From Candidatus Thorarchaeota archaeon (GTDB lineage: Archaea; Asgardarchaeota; Thorarchaeia; Thorarchaeales; Thorarchaeaceae), in contig RDNZ01000002.1 of assembly GCA_011364905.1 (NCBI GenBank), positions 1 to 64,000 on the forward strand: DNA of 64,000 nucleotides. The letters are read 5' to 3'. Below are positions 49,913 to 60,382 of the stretch, piece after piece (the first letter of the stretch is position 1; each line of letters begins with the position of its first letter). The position numbers and the translations under genes were made by a program. The notes under the pieces are model-generated. The model ran no database searches and was not told where the DNA came from. It saw only the letters and a list, made by a program, of their open reading frames with translations.

Positions 49913-50710
49913 CTAGAACCAATCTTGGATGAGTGTGTCAATTGTTCCATCGTGAAGACCGGTTGAGATAGCTGAATTTATCTCAATGAGTAGACTATCA
50001 GCAGGTCTAGCGACATAAAACACCCTTTGTCCTGTAACTACCTGAAGGACTGTCGTGATATTATAAAGAGATGCGTATACTGCCACAACAGGAGTTTCCA
50101 CAAAAACAGCATCAACCGTCCCGGAATCCAACGCATCGAAAAGCGAGTCTGTTGTTTCATATCGCACAACACTCACAGTGCCAATTGCACTTATTGTTTC
50201 ATCCGCAATAGATCCCAATGGTACACCAACAGAATGGCCCGATAGGTCATCGAGAGTAGAAACTTGTAGTGTTGACTCGTTCATAACAACTACAGACATA
50301 TCTATCTGGAAGTATGGAATACTATGCTGAAGTCTTAAAGCCAAGTCTTCTGTTATTGGCTTAGCTGCTGCAATGACATCGATAGTCCCGACTTCACAAG
50401 CCTCAGCAAGAGCGTCAAGTGCTATATCTTGAAACTCCACTGTAACATTCAGATATGCGGCGATATACTCCATCAGATCGATATCGAATCCCACAAAATC
50501 AGACGTTTCGTTGAGGTACTCAAAAGGAGGATAGTCAGGCCTTGTTCCCACAATTAGCATGCCCCGATTTACAACCGTTTCTAAAGAAGTGTCTTCTGGA
50601 GTTGCAGGAGGCCTCCCAGTTAGTATGAAAATCCCAAGCCCAAATCCAATAACCATGCCAATAACAAGGAAAGAAATACCAGTTATCGTTCTTTGATTCA
50701 AAACATTCAC
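49913..50710 (-). CDS. Polar amino-acid ABC transporter substrate-binding protein (family 3)
   Basis: N-terminal anchor, VGT..DYPPFEY, GFDIDL, IT..R, PY, G.VDA. Confidence 0.88.
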   Translation of the reverse strand: MNVLNQRTITGISFLVIGMVIGFGLGIFILTGRPPATPEDTSLETVVNRGMLIVGTRPDYPPFEYLNETSDFVGFDIDLMEYIAAYLNVTVEFQDIALDALAEACEVGTIDVIAAAKPITEDLALRLQHSIPYFQIDMSVVVMNESTLQVSTLDDLSGHSVGVPLGSIADETISAIGTVSVVRYETTDSLFDALDSGTVDAVFVETPVVAVYASLYNITTVLQVVTGQRVFYVARPADSLLIEINSAISTGLHDGTIDTLIQDWF

Positions 50711-50847
50711 ACTCTGGTTCTATTGTTGATTGATGCGCACTTCGCTCTTTTACAGTCACACAAATATATTGCGATTGTAGCGGGCATGAACTAGTGGAAC
50801 CAAACAGTAGAGGATAATACTAATGAGTACAAGAAGTCCAGAGGAAC

Positions 50848-51678
50848 GTGTCAATTAAAGGAATGGTAATTGTGTCTCAAACTGAAGTGGATATTCAGGA
50901 ATTAATCGAGGATCTCGGTCTTAATCCAAAGGATGCAGATAAGTGGCATAGTCTTGGAGTTGCATATCTTTCAATAAATGAAGCAGACAAGGCAGAGGAT
51001 GCATTCAACCAGTGTCTTAGAATCAACAAAAACCATGCTTTTGCCCTGGGAGACCTTGGAGGACTATTCATTCTGAGAGGCAAAAACAAGAAAGCCGTCA
51101 AGTATTTGGAGAAATCTGTCAAACTCGAACCAGGGAGGTTCGAGTACTGGTCAACCCTTGGAGTTGCGTATTTCCAAAAAGGGAAGTTCGACGATGCAGT
51201 AGAGGCATTCCAAAACAGCCTAGCAATAAATCCCACATACTACGATGCTATAGTGTCTCTAGGGATGACCTACAGCAGGATGGAACTGTGGGAGGACGCT
51301 CTTAAAACACTCACTCAGGCTGAAACATTTGTCCCCAACAATTACCATGCACTCAAAGGCATCGCGAAGTCGCTGAGGAACCTCGACAGGATGGAGGATC
51401 TTGAGCAATTGTATCGAAAGATGCACATGCTTTTCCCGAAAGACCCGGCTTTTGCCATGTATTTGGGAAAGATGGAATTCGATCGCGGTAATACAAAAGA
51501 GGGCCTGGCTTACTACAGGAAAGCAGTCGAGATTGACCCTCGAGCACTTATTGGTTGGAAAGTTCTTTCAGAGGCACTTCATAAATTGGGGATGCATGAG
51601 GAGGCTCAAAAGGCTCACTTGAAGTACAAGGAAATTGAAGAGCAGTTGAAAAAGGAGAATGTTCGTTTGGTTGGGTAG
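50848..51678 (+). CDS. TPR repeat protein
   Basis: Repeated W..LGVAY....A...F...L.I.P units. Confidence 0.9.
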   Translation: MSIKGMVIVSQTEVDIQELIEDLGLNPKDADKWHSLGVAYLSINEADKAEDAFNQCLRINKNHAFALGDLGGLFILRGKNKKAVKYLEKSVKLEPGRFEYWSTLGVAYFQKGKFDDAVEAFQNSLAINPTYYDAIVSLGMTYSRMELWEDALKTLTQAETFVPNNYHALKGIAKSLRNLDRMEDLEQLYRKMHMLFPKDPAFAMYLGKMEFDRGNTKEGLAYYRKAVEIDPRALIGWKVLSEALHKLGMHEEAQKAHLKYKEIEEQLKKENVRLVG

Positions 51679-51759
51679 CTAAATAGAAACTGGAAAATGC
51701 ACATTCTAGCCACCAGACTCTCCAAAGGGCTTTGGAACTAAGTAAGCTTTGATAAAAAC

Positions 51760-52536
51760 TTAGCCAAATTTGAAACTGGTCATGGAAATTGAGCCAAGAA
51801 TGATTCTCTGATTATGTATATCATAGGTCCAATCCGATCCAGCTGCACCTTTTGCATAAAGAAGGGGAAGATAGTGATCCAAGGTCGGATGTGCTTTCTT
51901 TACCAGGTCTTGCAGATTCGGGAAATCAATGAGCATCTCGATATCTTTTTCATTGAGAGCACTCAAGACTACATTTTCAAATTCCAGCGCATATTTGTGA
52001 ATCGAACCGGGGTTGTGCCAATCAACTGCAAGAAGGTTATGCACCAGATTGCCGCTCCCGATGATGAGAACCCCCTGATCCCGGAGGAAAGCCAAACGCT
52101 TTCCAAGTTCAAAATGGAAACGAGGCGGTTTTGTATAATCAATGCTGAGTTGAAGTGTGGGGATGTTGGCGTCAGGGTACATTTGTCTCAGAACGACCCA
52201 GGTCCCATGATCGAGCCCCCAGGATTGATCAGGTCTAATAGAAATGTCCTTGATTGACTCAGAGATGGTGTTTGCAAGTTCAGGTGCTCCCGGAGCAGGA
52301 TACTGTTGTTCGTATAGCGCGGGAGGAAATCCATAGAAATCATAGATTGTTTTTGGTCGCTCCATTGCTGTCACTTTAGTTGAAGGAATGAACCAGTGAG
52401 CTGAAACACAAAGAATGGCGTTAGGAATTGCGATTGATTCTGCAATCTCTCTCCATCCCTCCGTAAACTCGTTTTCTTCAACCGCATTCATCGGAGACCC
52501 GTGACCAACAAAAAGCGTAGGCATTCTTGCAGACAT
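51760..52536 (-). CDS. ygiD: 4,5-DOPA extradiol dioxygenase (LigB family)
   Basis: FVGHGSPM, VSAHW, YDFYGFP, GLDHG.W, GSGNLVHN, AHPT.DHYLPL. Confidence 0.92.
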   Translation of the reverse strand: MSARMPTLFVGHGSPMNAVEENEFTEGWREIAESIAIPNAILCVSAHWFIPSTKVTAMERPKTIYDFYGFPPALYEQQYPAPGAPELANTISESIKDISIRPDQSWGLDHGTWVVLRQMYPDANIPTLQLSIDYTKPPRFHFELGKRLAFLRDQGVLIIGSGNLVHNLLAVDWHNPGSIHKYALEFENVVLSALNEKDIEMLIDFPNLQDLVKKAHPTLDHYLPLLYAKGAAGSDWTYDIHNQRIILGSISMTSFKFG

Positions 52537-52613
52537 GTTTTATCACGCTAAATCAGAACCTATTGCTATAAACAGTGATGTAGCTGCATCTTTGAAATTG
52601 TCGTCAGATAGGT

Positions 52614-55040
52614 ATGGTTAATTTCCAATGGTTGATGCATAGCACGGTCAAAATGATAAGAGAACTAAAAGCTGAGGAAGTAAGAGCAGCATTTGAGAGA
52701 GGAAAAATGCAGTGTAAGACCACTGCTGAAATTTCGCCACTCGACGAAATCATCGGGCAGGGTCGAGCATTACGTGCATTGAAGTTTGGTTTCGAGATAG
52801 ACGAAAAAGGTTTCAATATCTATGCTGCAGGCCAACCAGGAACTGGAAAAACAACTACTGTGGAAGGATACCTTGAAGATGTTGCTAAGTCCAGACTTCC
52901 TCCATTTGATTGGTGTTATGTTCACAATTTCAAGTCACCAGCAGAACCTAATGCCATTAGACTGCCACAAGGACATGCTATGGATTTCAAGAAGGACATT
53001 GGAAATCTGATTGATAATGTGAAAAAAGTTCTCCCAGAGATTTTTCAGAGTGAGGACTATGCCAACAGGAAGAAAGCTGCTTTAGAATCAGCAGAAAAGC
53101 AAAGAAATGATTTACTCGCAGAAATTAGTAAGAAAGCCACAACAAAGGGATTTGCGCTCCAAAGTTCGCCAAGCGGTCTCCTCGTAGTACCCACGCTTGA
53201 GGGACGACCTCTTGATCAGAAGGAGTTCGCCGCCCTCAGTCCAGACGAAATGGCAAAAATAGCTAAAGCTCGTGAAGAGCTGGAGGGTGAACTCAGAAAT
53301 ACAATGCACGAATTGAGAGAAATCGACTCCAAGGCAAAAGAAGCACTTGAGGAATTGAATCGAAAAGTTGCACTGTACGCAATTGACCACTTTGTCGATT
53401 ATCTTAAAGAAAAATACTCCAAGATTGAGGAAGTTGTGAAATACCTGGAGTCGATTCAAGAAGACATTCTTGACAATCTTGATGCATTCGTCATGGATTC
53501 CGATGCTCCGCCTCCTTCTCAAGAAGCGGCAATAGCTATTATCCAGTTCTTTAGGAAATATGAAGTCAATGTTCTTGTAAACAACGAGGGGGTATCTGGT
53601 GCACCGGTAATCGTGGAGCCAAATCCAACGCATCTCAATCTCTTTGGGCAAGCTGAGAAGGAAGCAAGATTCGGAGTCCTAACGACAGATTTCACGTTGA
53701 TACGTCCCGGGAGCCTTCATAAAGCCAATGGAGGCTATCTAATAATTCCAATACAAGAGTTGCTTGCAGCCCCATTTGCATATGACAGTTTGAAGAGAGC
53801 ACTGAAGAACGAAGAGATAACAATTGAAGATGCGCAGGAGTCTTCGGGAGTATTGACTGCCAGAGGACTCAAACCCGAACCAATGAAACTCAAAGTCAAG
53901 GTGGTTCTAATTGGAAATCCTGAATTGTATGACTTGCTGTACACAAAAGATCCTGACTTCAGAGAGTTGTTCAAGGTGAAAGCTCATTTCGATTCCTCAA
54001 TGGATCGAAATGATGAAAATATCGCAAAGTATTGTGCGGCCATAACTTCTGTGTGTGAAAAAGAAGGACTAAAACATCTAGACACGGAGGCAATTGCCAA
54101 GGTCATAGAATACAGTTCGAGACTGGCAGAGGACCAAAGCAAGGTTTCCACTAGATTCTCGGAGGTAGCGGACATAATTCGTGAGGCGACCTTCTACGCT
54201 GAGAAAGAGAATGTTGAGTACGTGACTGGTTCACATGTGGCGAAGGCAATTGAGGAGAAGATATACCGCTCGAATTTGGTACAAGAGAAAATACAAGAAA
54301 TGATCTCACGAAACATGATACTTATCGATACGGAAGGAGAGAAGGTCGGTCAACTAAACGGATTGGCAGTCATAAGTTATGGAGATGTGTCCTTTGGTGG
54401 TCCATCAAGAATAACTGCAAGTGTTGGTGCGGGAAGGCAAGGTATTGTTGATATTGAGAGAGAAGCGAATCTAGGTGGCCCGATACACACCAAAGGAGTC
54501 ATGATTCTTGGAGGATTTCTTTCCCGGTTATTTGCATACAACAAACCTCTTGGTCTGGCGGCTAGGCTCGTATTCGAACAAAGCTACTCTGGAGTAGATG
54601 GTGATAGTGCGTCTAGTACAGAGCTCTATGCAATCCTATCAGAACTCTCAGGTGTCCCTGTGAAGCAGCAATATGCGGTCACTGGATCAGTGAATCAAAA
54701 TGGTGAAGTTCAGGCGATTGGTGGAGTCAATGAGAAGATTGAGGGTTTCTTTGATGTATGTAAAGTCAAAGGTTTCACTGGCGTACAAGGAGTAGTGATT
54801 CCAGAAAGCAATGCACAGAATCTAATGCTGAGAGAGGATATTGTGGAGGCAGTCAAGGCTGGAAAATTCCATATCATCACAGTAAGCACCATAGCGGAAG
54901 GGATTGAAGTCTTGACAGGTATGAAAGCAGGTGAGAAACAGCCTGATGGCTCATTTGAAAAAGACACGGTTTACTACAAGGTTGACATGCGCCTTAGTGA
55001 GATGGCTGAAGTTCTTAAACAATATCCGGGCTATGTCTAG
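52614..55040 (+). CDS. Lon-family protease, soluble LonC-like type
   Basis: IGQ.RA, GQPGTGKT, GSLHKANGG, GQLNGL, FEQSY..VDGDSAS (Ser), IGGVNEKIEGF (Lys); start probably 52653. Confidence 0.9.
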   Translation: MVNFQWLMHSTVKMIRELKAEEVRAAFERGKMQCKTTAEISPLDEIIGQGRALRALKFGFEIDEKGFNIYAAGQPGTGKTTTVEGYLEDVAKSRLPPFDWCYVHNFKSPAEPNAIRLPQGHAMDFKKDIGNLIDNVKKVLPEIFQSEDYANRKKAALESAEKQRNDLLAEISKKATTKGFALQSSPSGLLVVPTLEGRPLDQKEFAALSPDEMAKIAKAREELEGELRNTMHELREIDSKAKEALEELNRKVALYAIDHFVDYLKEKYSKIEEVVKYLESIQEDILDNLDAFVMDSDAPPPSQEAAIAIIQFFRKYEVNVLVNNEGVSGAPVIVEPNPTHLNLFGQAEKEARFGVLTTDFTLIRPGSLHKANGGYLIIPIQELLAAPFAYDSLKRALKNEEITIEDAQESSGVLTARGLKPEPMKLKVKVVLIGNPELYDLLYTKDPDFRELFKVKAHFDSSMDRNDENIAKYCAAITSVCEKEGLKHLDTEAIAKVIEYSSRLAEDQSKVSTRFSEVADIIREATFYAEKENVEYVTGSHVAKAIEEKIYRSNLVQEKIQEMISRNMILIDTEGEKVGQLNGLAVISYGDVSFGGPSRITASVGAGRQGIVDIEREANLGGPIHTKGVMILGGFLSRLFAYNKPLGLAARLVFEQSYSGVDGDSASSTELYAILSELSGVPVKQQYAVTGSVNQNGEVQAIGGVNEKIEGFFDVCKVKGFTGVQGVVIPESNAQNLMLREDIVEAVKAGKFHIITVSTIAEGIEVLTGMKAGEKQPDGSFEKDTVYYKVDMRLSEMAEVLKQYPGYV

Positions 55041-55111
55041 AGTGGCAGAGTACTAGTCTTTGGGGAGTTTGCTCGGGAAAATGCGGATCCCCCATTCCAT
55101 TGTGCAATGAC

Positions 55112-55810
55112 CTAGAGCAGAAATACAGCGAGAATTCCAGTCAAGAAGACTCCATCCCAGGTGCCCGCCCCACCAATTGATGCCTTTCCTGTTCTCAGAC
55201 TGGATAGTTTACCCAAATTGGATATGTCAGCTCCTATCAAAGTGCCAAGTGTGCCAGAAACATAAGCAAGGGCGTATCCATTATAGGATCCTGGAATGAC
55301 AGTAATCATTGCGATGGTAACAAAAACTGCCACCAAAGCCGGGAGTAAACCGGGAGTTAGAATTCCAACATTTGGCTCGAGCCTTGCAACCCTGTGAACA
55401 ACAAGGCCGACAATTGTAACAGCGATCACAAACTGAATGATAGCAGTCGGATTTACTACTACTAAGTAGCCACTGACCAAAATAGGGATGATTGCTCCGC
55501 CAAGATTAATGCTAATCTGCGTTTCGCCGGGACATTCGGGTTGAAAGACCTGATAGTTCACACCATAATAAGCAACATGTGTTTCATCCGTGCAAGGAGC
55601 CGGATCGGATTCGATTGTGTACAGAGGTATGTTAACTACACTACCAAGAAGTGAACCAGGTATGATTAGAATAACTAACCAAAGTGGAATTCCAAGGTTC
55701 AGAAAAGCAATCCCAGCAGCTTGAAGAAAGAACAAGCTTAGAATTGCAAAGGCAATGATTGTGAATGCAGAAAAACTGCCTTTTCCATGTTGAAGCCGTA
55801 CTTGACTCAT
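55112..55810 (-). CDS. DUF1614 family membrane protein
   Basis: GS.VNIP, INLGGAIIP, GTLIGADI, SIGGAGTWDG. Confidence 0.85.
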   Translation of the reverse strand: MSQVRLQHGKGSFSAFTIIAFAILSLFFLQAAGIAFLNLGIPLWLVILIIPGSLLGSVVNIPLYTIESDPAPCTDETHVAYYGVNYQVFQPECPGETQISINLGGAIIPILVSGYLVVVNPTAIIQFVIAVTIVGLVVHRVARLEPNVGILTPGLLPALVAVFVTIAMITVIPGSYNGYALAYVSGTLGTLIGADISNLGKLSSLRTGKASIGGAGTWDGVFLTGILAVFLL

Positions 55811-55910
55811 CCTAGTTCAGAAGTTTCTTTCTTTAATATGCTTTTGAAAATTCTTGTATGTAGAAGAAGCGAACTCCAGCTTGAAACTCATTTGACAGTT
55901 AAGTTGCTTG

Positions 55911-56459
55911 CTAATCTTTGGGGAGTCCGAAATATCTTGGAGTTTCCCTCAAGTATGTCTGATATGACTCGCCGTATTTCTTAGTCAAAAACTCCTCCTC
56001 AAGTAGAGTAGTCCAGTGAAGATAGGGAATGGTAATGAAGAAATACAGAAGGAAAATCAGGCTCCAGATTGAATTGGACCAGCCAATAAGTGTCAGACCC
56101 AGGAAAAAGATGGCCCATCCGAGATATATTGGATTTCTTGAGTATCGATGAATTCGTGTTGTTGTGAGTCCGGAGTTGTGAGCAAACGAATAAAGTGCCA
56201 TCACACCGATAGCCATTCCCGCAATAGAAATACTTAGACCGATGTAAAACAGAATTCCGAAATTCACAGGGGTAAAAATACTGACTATGAATCCCCCAAT
56301 GATCCAGGTCAAAGCACCTGCAACTACCTTTTTACCTGCAAACAGGAACTCAGGATCGTCAAACGGTTCACCCCGTTTTCTGTTTGCCCATGTTTGAATA
56401 GAATAAGCGATGATATAGCCTCCAAGGTAGAAAACCCATAGATTGAAGATGCCAACCAA
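55911..56459 (-). CDS. Isoprenylcysteine carboxyl/phospholipid methyltransferase (PEMT/ICMT)-like protein
   Basis: HRYSRNPIY, EEEFL..KYG..Y..Y...TPRY. Confidence 0.85.
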   Translation of the reverse strand: MVGIFNLWVFYLGGYIIAYSIQTWANRKRGEPFDDPEFLFAGKKVVAGALTWIIGGFIVSIFTPVNFGILFYIGLSISIAGMAIGVMALYSFAHNSGLTTTRIHRYSRNPIYLGWAIFFLGLTLIGWSNSIWSLIFLLYFFITIPYLHWTTLLEEEFLTKKYGESYQTYLRETPRYFGLPKD

Positions 56460-56637
56460 GTATTATCGACCTCCCGGAAAAGAATGAAACTAACTTTCCA
56501 ATGAACTGGCAAAATATCACGCTTATAAGTTACTAGTTTTGGAAACAAAAGCATGCATAGGATTTGTGCTGAAACGGAGCACAAATGAATCCATCAAAAG
56601 AGAAAAGGAACTCTGGGATTTACGGAAAGAAAAGGTA

Positions 56638-56660
56638 GGTGCAGAGATCACCCCTGCACC
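56638..56660 (-). terminator. Hairpin with a downstream T-rich tract
   Basis: GGTGCAG/CTGCACC 7-bp stem 16 nt after the stop at 56677, followed on the minus strand by TTTTCTTT. Confidence 0.45.
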
Positions 56661-56676
56661 AAATTGATACTCTCCC

Positions 56677-57060
56677 TCATTTCTTCATCTTGGCTTCGTA
56701 GAAAGCATAAATGAAGAGTAACAAGAGAAATGTTGTCAATGCAACTTGTGCAAACATTACAACGGGAATAATAGCAATTGCAATTGCGTACAGCTCTACA
56801 ATGAGTCCGATTATCAAAAATGTCAGATTCATGTAGACGACAAGTTCAACATTCTCCCAAGATGAGGCACGATAGGCAAGTAGATTGCCAATAGCGAATC
56901 CGAGGAACAAAGCACCAATGAAGCGATCTGCAAACTCCTCATATGGGAAGGTGAACAGATCTGCATGAGATTTAGGGATTATTAGCATCCAAAGGCCATA
57001 GACAAGAGCAACTAGTCCATCAATCAATAATGAATATTTCAGAAACTTCGAAATCTCCAT
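56677..57060 (-). CDS. Small four-TM membrane protein
   Basis: Hydrophobic ORF; ATG 57060 after GGTGG. Confidence 0.7.
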   Translation of the reverse strand: MEISKFLKYSLLIDGLVALVYGLWMLIIPKSHADLFTFPYEEFADRFIGALFLGFAIGNLLAYRASSWENVELVVYMNLTFLIIGLIVELYAIAIAIIPVVMFAQVALTTFLLLLFIYAFYEAKMKK

Positions 57061-57191
57061 TTTCTTACCACCACGTCCATTTTGAACAGGACCATAAGAA
57101 CTCATAGAACTTTGATTAAAATCTTGTGTGAAAAAAAGAGTTTGTATTGGAATTGTATAATCGGAATAGAAATGGGGATATTTCTCGGATT

Positions 57192-58592
57192 CTAGTCTTC
57201 AACAAGTGTGTTTTGAAAACTGAATCCTTTCCACAAGAGCAATGCTCCGATACTTGACACCAGACCACTCAACAAAAGCACTACAGGAATGCCAGAAACC
57301 GAGATTAACCAACCAATAAGAGCAACTTGAGGTATTGCAGCCAACACTACAAGAGTAGGTAACAATGAGTAGACTCCGTTTCGAATTCTATTGGGAATAA
57401 CATCAATCAATACACGGATCCATAGAATAGCTGCGACAGTGAAGAAAACTCCTCCACCAAACCATACTGTGAGAATTAGGAAAATTGGCACGATTGATTC
57501 AGAGGGCACCTTAAGGAATACTATGTTTGTGAATGGAATAGCAACATCGATCAGCTCCGAATTGACCAGTGATGGAGGGAAAACGAGCATGATTATCGCG
57601 AAGAGCCAAAAGAACAATGCTCCTGAGGACTGAATGAATCTAAAACGAGAGACCCATCTTCTGGGTTCAAACCTTTTAGCCCAAACTCCTGATCGCTCCC
57701 AGAGAAATGCGAACACGACAAACACAGTTGTCATCAGAAGAGCTACTGCAAAGTCAGAGGTCAAGTATTCATACAGATATGGATACATGATCAGCTCGGC
57801 CCATGTGAATCCAATGCTCAGGAATAGAGTATTCCCAAGAATGATGTACTTCAGAAAAGGACTGCTAATGATATGTCGGGCGCCTTCTTTCAGGAGTGAG
57901 AAGTACTTGACTTCAACTTCATCTGTTTGTCCAAGCTCGCGTTTGATAGGGATATCACGAACTAGCATGACCGAAGCGACAGCAATCAGCATACAAGCTA
58001 TGGACTGTATTTGAAATACGAAAGCGCGTGCAACCAGTACTGCAATAAAAGCTCCGGGCAAGATAGCAAGAGCACGTGAGATCCTGAGGAACATAGCCTG
58101 CTTTCCCACGAAGACACCGTAATGCGCTTTATCGTTGTCCTCAGGAACCGTCAACGTGTAGTTGTTATCAAACCACGAGTCAAGTGCGCCACTCTCTTGT
58201 GATGCAGCGACACCCATCAGGATATACACTACCAGAAACAGACCAAATGGTGAACTTGCAGTGATTAGTGAAACTATGTAAAAAGCAGCTGAATACGTCA
58301 GAAATGCTGAGGCTAGTACCCATCGCTGGCCAACCAGGTCTCCAAGTGTACCTGTGGGGTAATCAAGAAGAGTCTGCACAACTTTTTGAACAACTATGAA
58401 CACGCCTGCCAGCGCCAAGCCGTTGATATAGGAGCCATTCCCTAGAGCCTCTGCGATGAATATGAGGTAGAAGGTAGCCGAGATACTAATTGCCGCAGTC
58501 ATTGATGTCGATAGGCCAAGAAAGGTGGCGGCTAGCCTAGTTACCTCTGGTTTTTCTCCCTGTAGACCAAAGTAAGAAGTGATTCTACCCAC
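57192..58592 (-). CDS. MFS transporter
   Basis: DYPTG.LGD.VG.R motif A, SGALDSW, IPNRIRN; about 12 TMs. Confidence 0.85.
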   Translation of the reverse strand: MGRITSYFGLQGEKPEVTRLAATFLGLSTSMTAAISISATFYLIFIAEALGNGSYINGLALAGVFIVVQKVVQTLLDYPTGTLGDLVGQRWVLASAFLTYSAAFYIVSLITASSPFGLFLVVYILMGVAASQESGALDSWFDNNYTLTVPEDNDKAHYGVFVGKQAMFLRISRALAILPGAFIAVLVARAFVFQIQSIACMLIAVASVMLVRDIPIKRELGQTDEVEVKYFSLLKEGARHIISSPFLKYIILGNTLFLSIGFTWAELIMYPYLYEYLTSDFAVALLMTTVFVVFAFLWERSGVWAKRFEPRRWVSRFRFIQSSGALFFWLFAIIMLVFPPSLVNSELIDVAIPFTNIVFLKVPSESIVPIFLILTVWFGGGVFFTVAAILWIRVLIDVIPNRIRNGVYSLLPTLVVLAAIPQVALIGWLISVSGIPVVLLLSGLVSSIGALLLWKGFSFQNTLVED

Positions 58593-58677
58593 ACGTATTA
58601 CCCTGTACTAGATTGAAAGTCGCTTACTAATAATTCGTACGTCAAGAAGAAGTGGAGCCGGCTCTGGGATTTGCACC
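58591..58677. repeat. 87-bp direct repeat, copy A (62-bp tRNA 3' flank + tRNA-Cys 3' end)
   Basis: Matches 60629-60715 with 8 mismatches. Confidence 0.92.
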
Positions 58678-58728
58678 CAGGTAAAACAGCTCTGCAGGCT
58701 GTCGCGTAAGCTTCTCCGCCAAACTGAC
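58653..58728 (-). tRNA. tRNA-Cys(GCA), second full-length variant copy (possibly a pseudo-tRNA)
   Basis: 73/76 identical to 61962-62037; C2T and G4A weaken the acceptor stem (A4:C69 mismatch); CCA encoded. Confidence 0.8.
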
Positions 58729-58836
58729 TTGGATGGTTTGTTGGATTAGCCTATTTACTAAAAATGATGTTGGCAAAAGCTGAAGGCAATTCTTCTAGGT
58801 TGATGATTTGCATCAATTTACCCATAGGCAAGACTT

Positions 58837-60282
58837 TCAAAGACGAACCAGTAACCAGAGATAGTACCCCGGATTAAAGGTATAGACACCAATGGGACTA
58901 TAAAGAGAGAATGATGGATCATTCACGAGTGCAATTTCCTGAGCGATAAATGGGACAATAGTCGTATCACTTGAGCTCACGATGACTAAATAGTCAGGTT
59001 CCAAGTTGTAGACGTAATCAGGATTGTATCCCGATTTATTGAATACTTCGGGTGTCAGTAATCCATACGTATCTATTGTTCGAAGTTTTGAGTAAAAAGG
59101 AATTGCGCCAACGTCGCTAACAGCAATCACTGAGTCAGGCGGAGCATTTTCGAATAGATACTTCCCAATTTGGATATGTGCATTTTCTAGGCTTTGACCA
59201 TATGCCAGTGCGTGATCAGAAACAGCTCCAATTCTCGAAACAGGTGCAAAAAGAATAATCATAATTGGTATAACATATCTAAGACGCCACAATAGTTGAT
59301 AGAATTCCTGTAAGTTATGCGTAATTCTTGGTTCAACTTTTTTCGCAATTGTATATAACCTAATTCCAAATTCAGTGCTTAGGATTACAAGGGGGACAAT
59401 TGCAGGGAATAGGAATCTGAAATCATAAGCCATGATGGGTTCCCAGATCCATGTGACAAGAACTAAAGCAACCAATAAGACAAGGTTTCGCAGTGTTGGT
59501 AAATTCGGCTTTTCGATTTCTATCAAAGACATAGCCATTGCAAAGAATAATGGAATGAAATACAGAATGAATTGAAATGATGTATAAATAGAGAGTCGGG
59601 ATAAAAAGCCAACAGTCTTGAATGCTGTAGGGGATGAAAACAGTGTTCCGAAATACAGCAAACGGCCTATCTGAAAAACGACAATTGGAATACCGACTAC
59701 AATACTCGAAATGAAACTATCCCTATTTCTATGGTACAAAATATCCAGTGAAAGCATTGCCAAAACAATTAATGAGCCTTCTGTCCGAGTGATAGCTACA
59801 AAGAAGGCGAATATCAATCTTTCAAAAAGACTATGATCATATCGCCATATCAACAGAACGATAAACAGCATATAGGTGGCTGTTTCCATTCCGGAAATGC
59901 TGTGAACACCTGAAGCAGGGATAACGGCCAGTAACAGAGGAGGAATAAAAGCATACTCCCGAGAGAAGTTCTGCAGGGTTATTCGATTGAGGACAATTAA
60001 GATTGCGTGAAATGAAATGATCCCTAAAAACTTTGAGACAACTACTAAATCTGCTCCGAAAAAGGCAAATGGAGCAAGTAAGACTGTCAAGAAGAAGGTT
60101 GAAGAACCTTCGAGGGGCGCATCACCTATGTTCCACACAAACTGACCAGTTTTGGCAAGGTTTTCTGCAAATCTAAATGTAATGAATGCGTCATCAACGG
60201 TAAATTGATACATCAGTATTTGATAAGCGAGAAGAATTACATGTGGAATGAAATTTCGTAGTTGCATGCGCCTACATCCCAA
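58837..60282 (-). CDS. GT-C-type polytopic membrane glycosyltransferase-like protein
   Basis: VDDAFITFRFAEN...G..VWN...EG, GMET, TRTEG, RFLFP, DVGAIPFYS..IDTYGL. Confidence 0.75.
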   Translation of the reverse strand: MGCRRMQLRNFIPHVILLAYQILMYQFTVDDAFITFRFAENLAKTGQFVWNIGDAPLEGSSTFFLTVLLAPFAFFGADLVVVSKFLGIISFHAILIVLNRITLQNFSREYAFIPPLLLAVIPASGVHSISGMETATYMLFIVLLIWRYDHSLFERLIFAFFVAITRTEGSLIVLAMLSLDILYHRNRDSFISSIVVGIPIVVFQIGRLLYFGTLFSSPTAFKTVGFLSRLSIYTSFQFILYFIPLFFAMAMSLIEIEKPNLPTLRNLVLLVALVLVTWIWEPIMAYDFRFLFPAIVPLVILSTEFGIRLYTIAKKVEPRITHNLQEFYQLLWRLRYVIPIMIILFAPVSRIGAVSDHALAYGQSLENAHIQIGKYLFENAPPDSVIAVSDVGAIPFYSKLRTIDTYGLLTPEVFNKSGYNPDYVYNLEPDYLVIVSSSDTTIVPFIAQEIALVNDPSFSLYSPIGVYTFNPGYYLWLLVRL

Positions 60283-60382
60283 TTACGAGCTTTTCTTATC
60301 TTGCGCGATGGAACTTGCACATAATTTAACTTTTCCCAGTCTCTAGGCAACTGTATATAGAAAAGGGAGAACTCAATGATTC

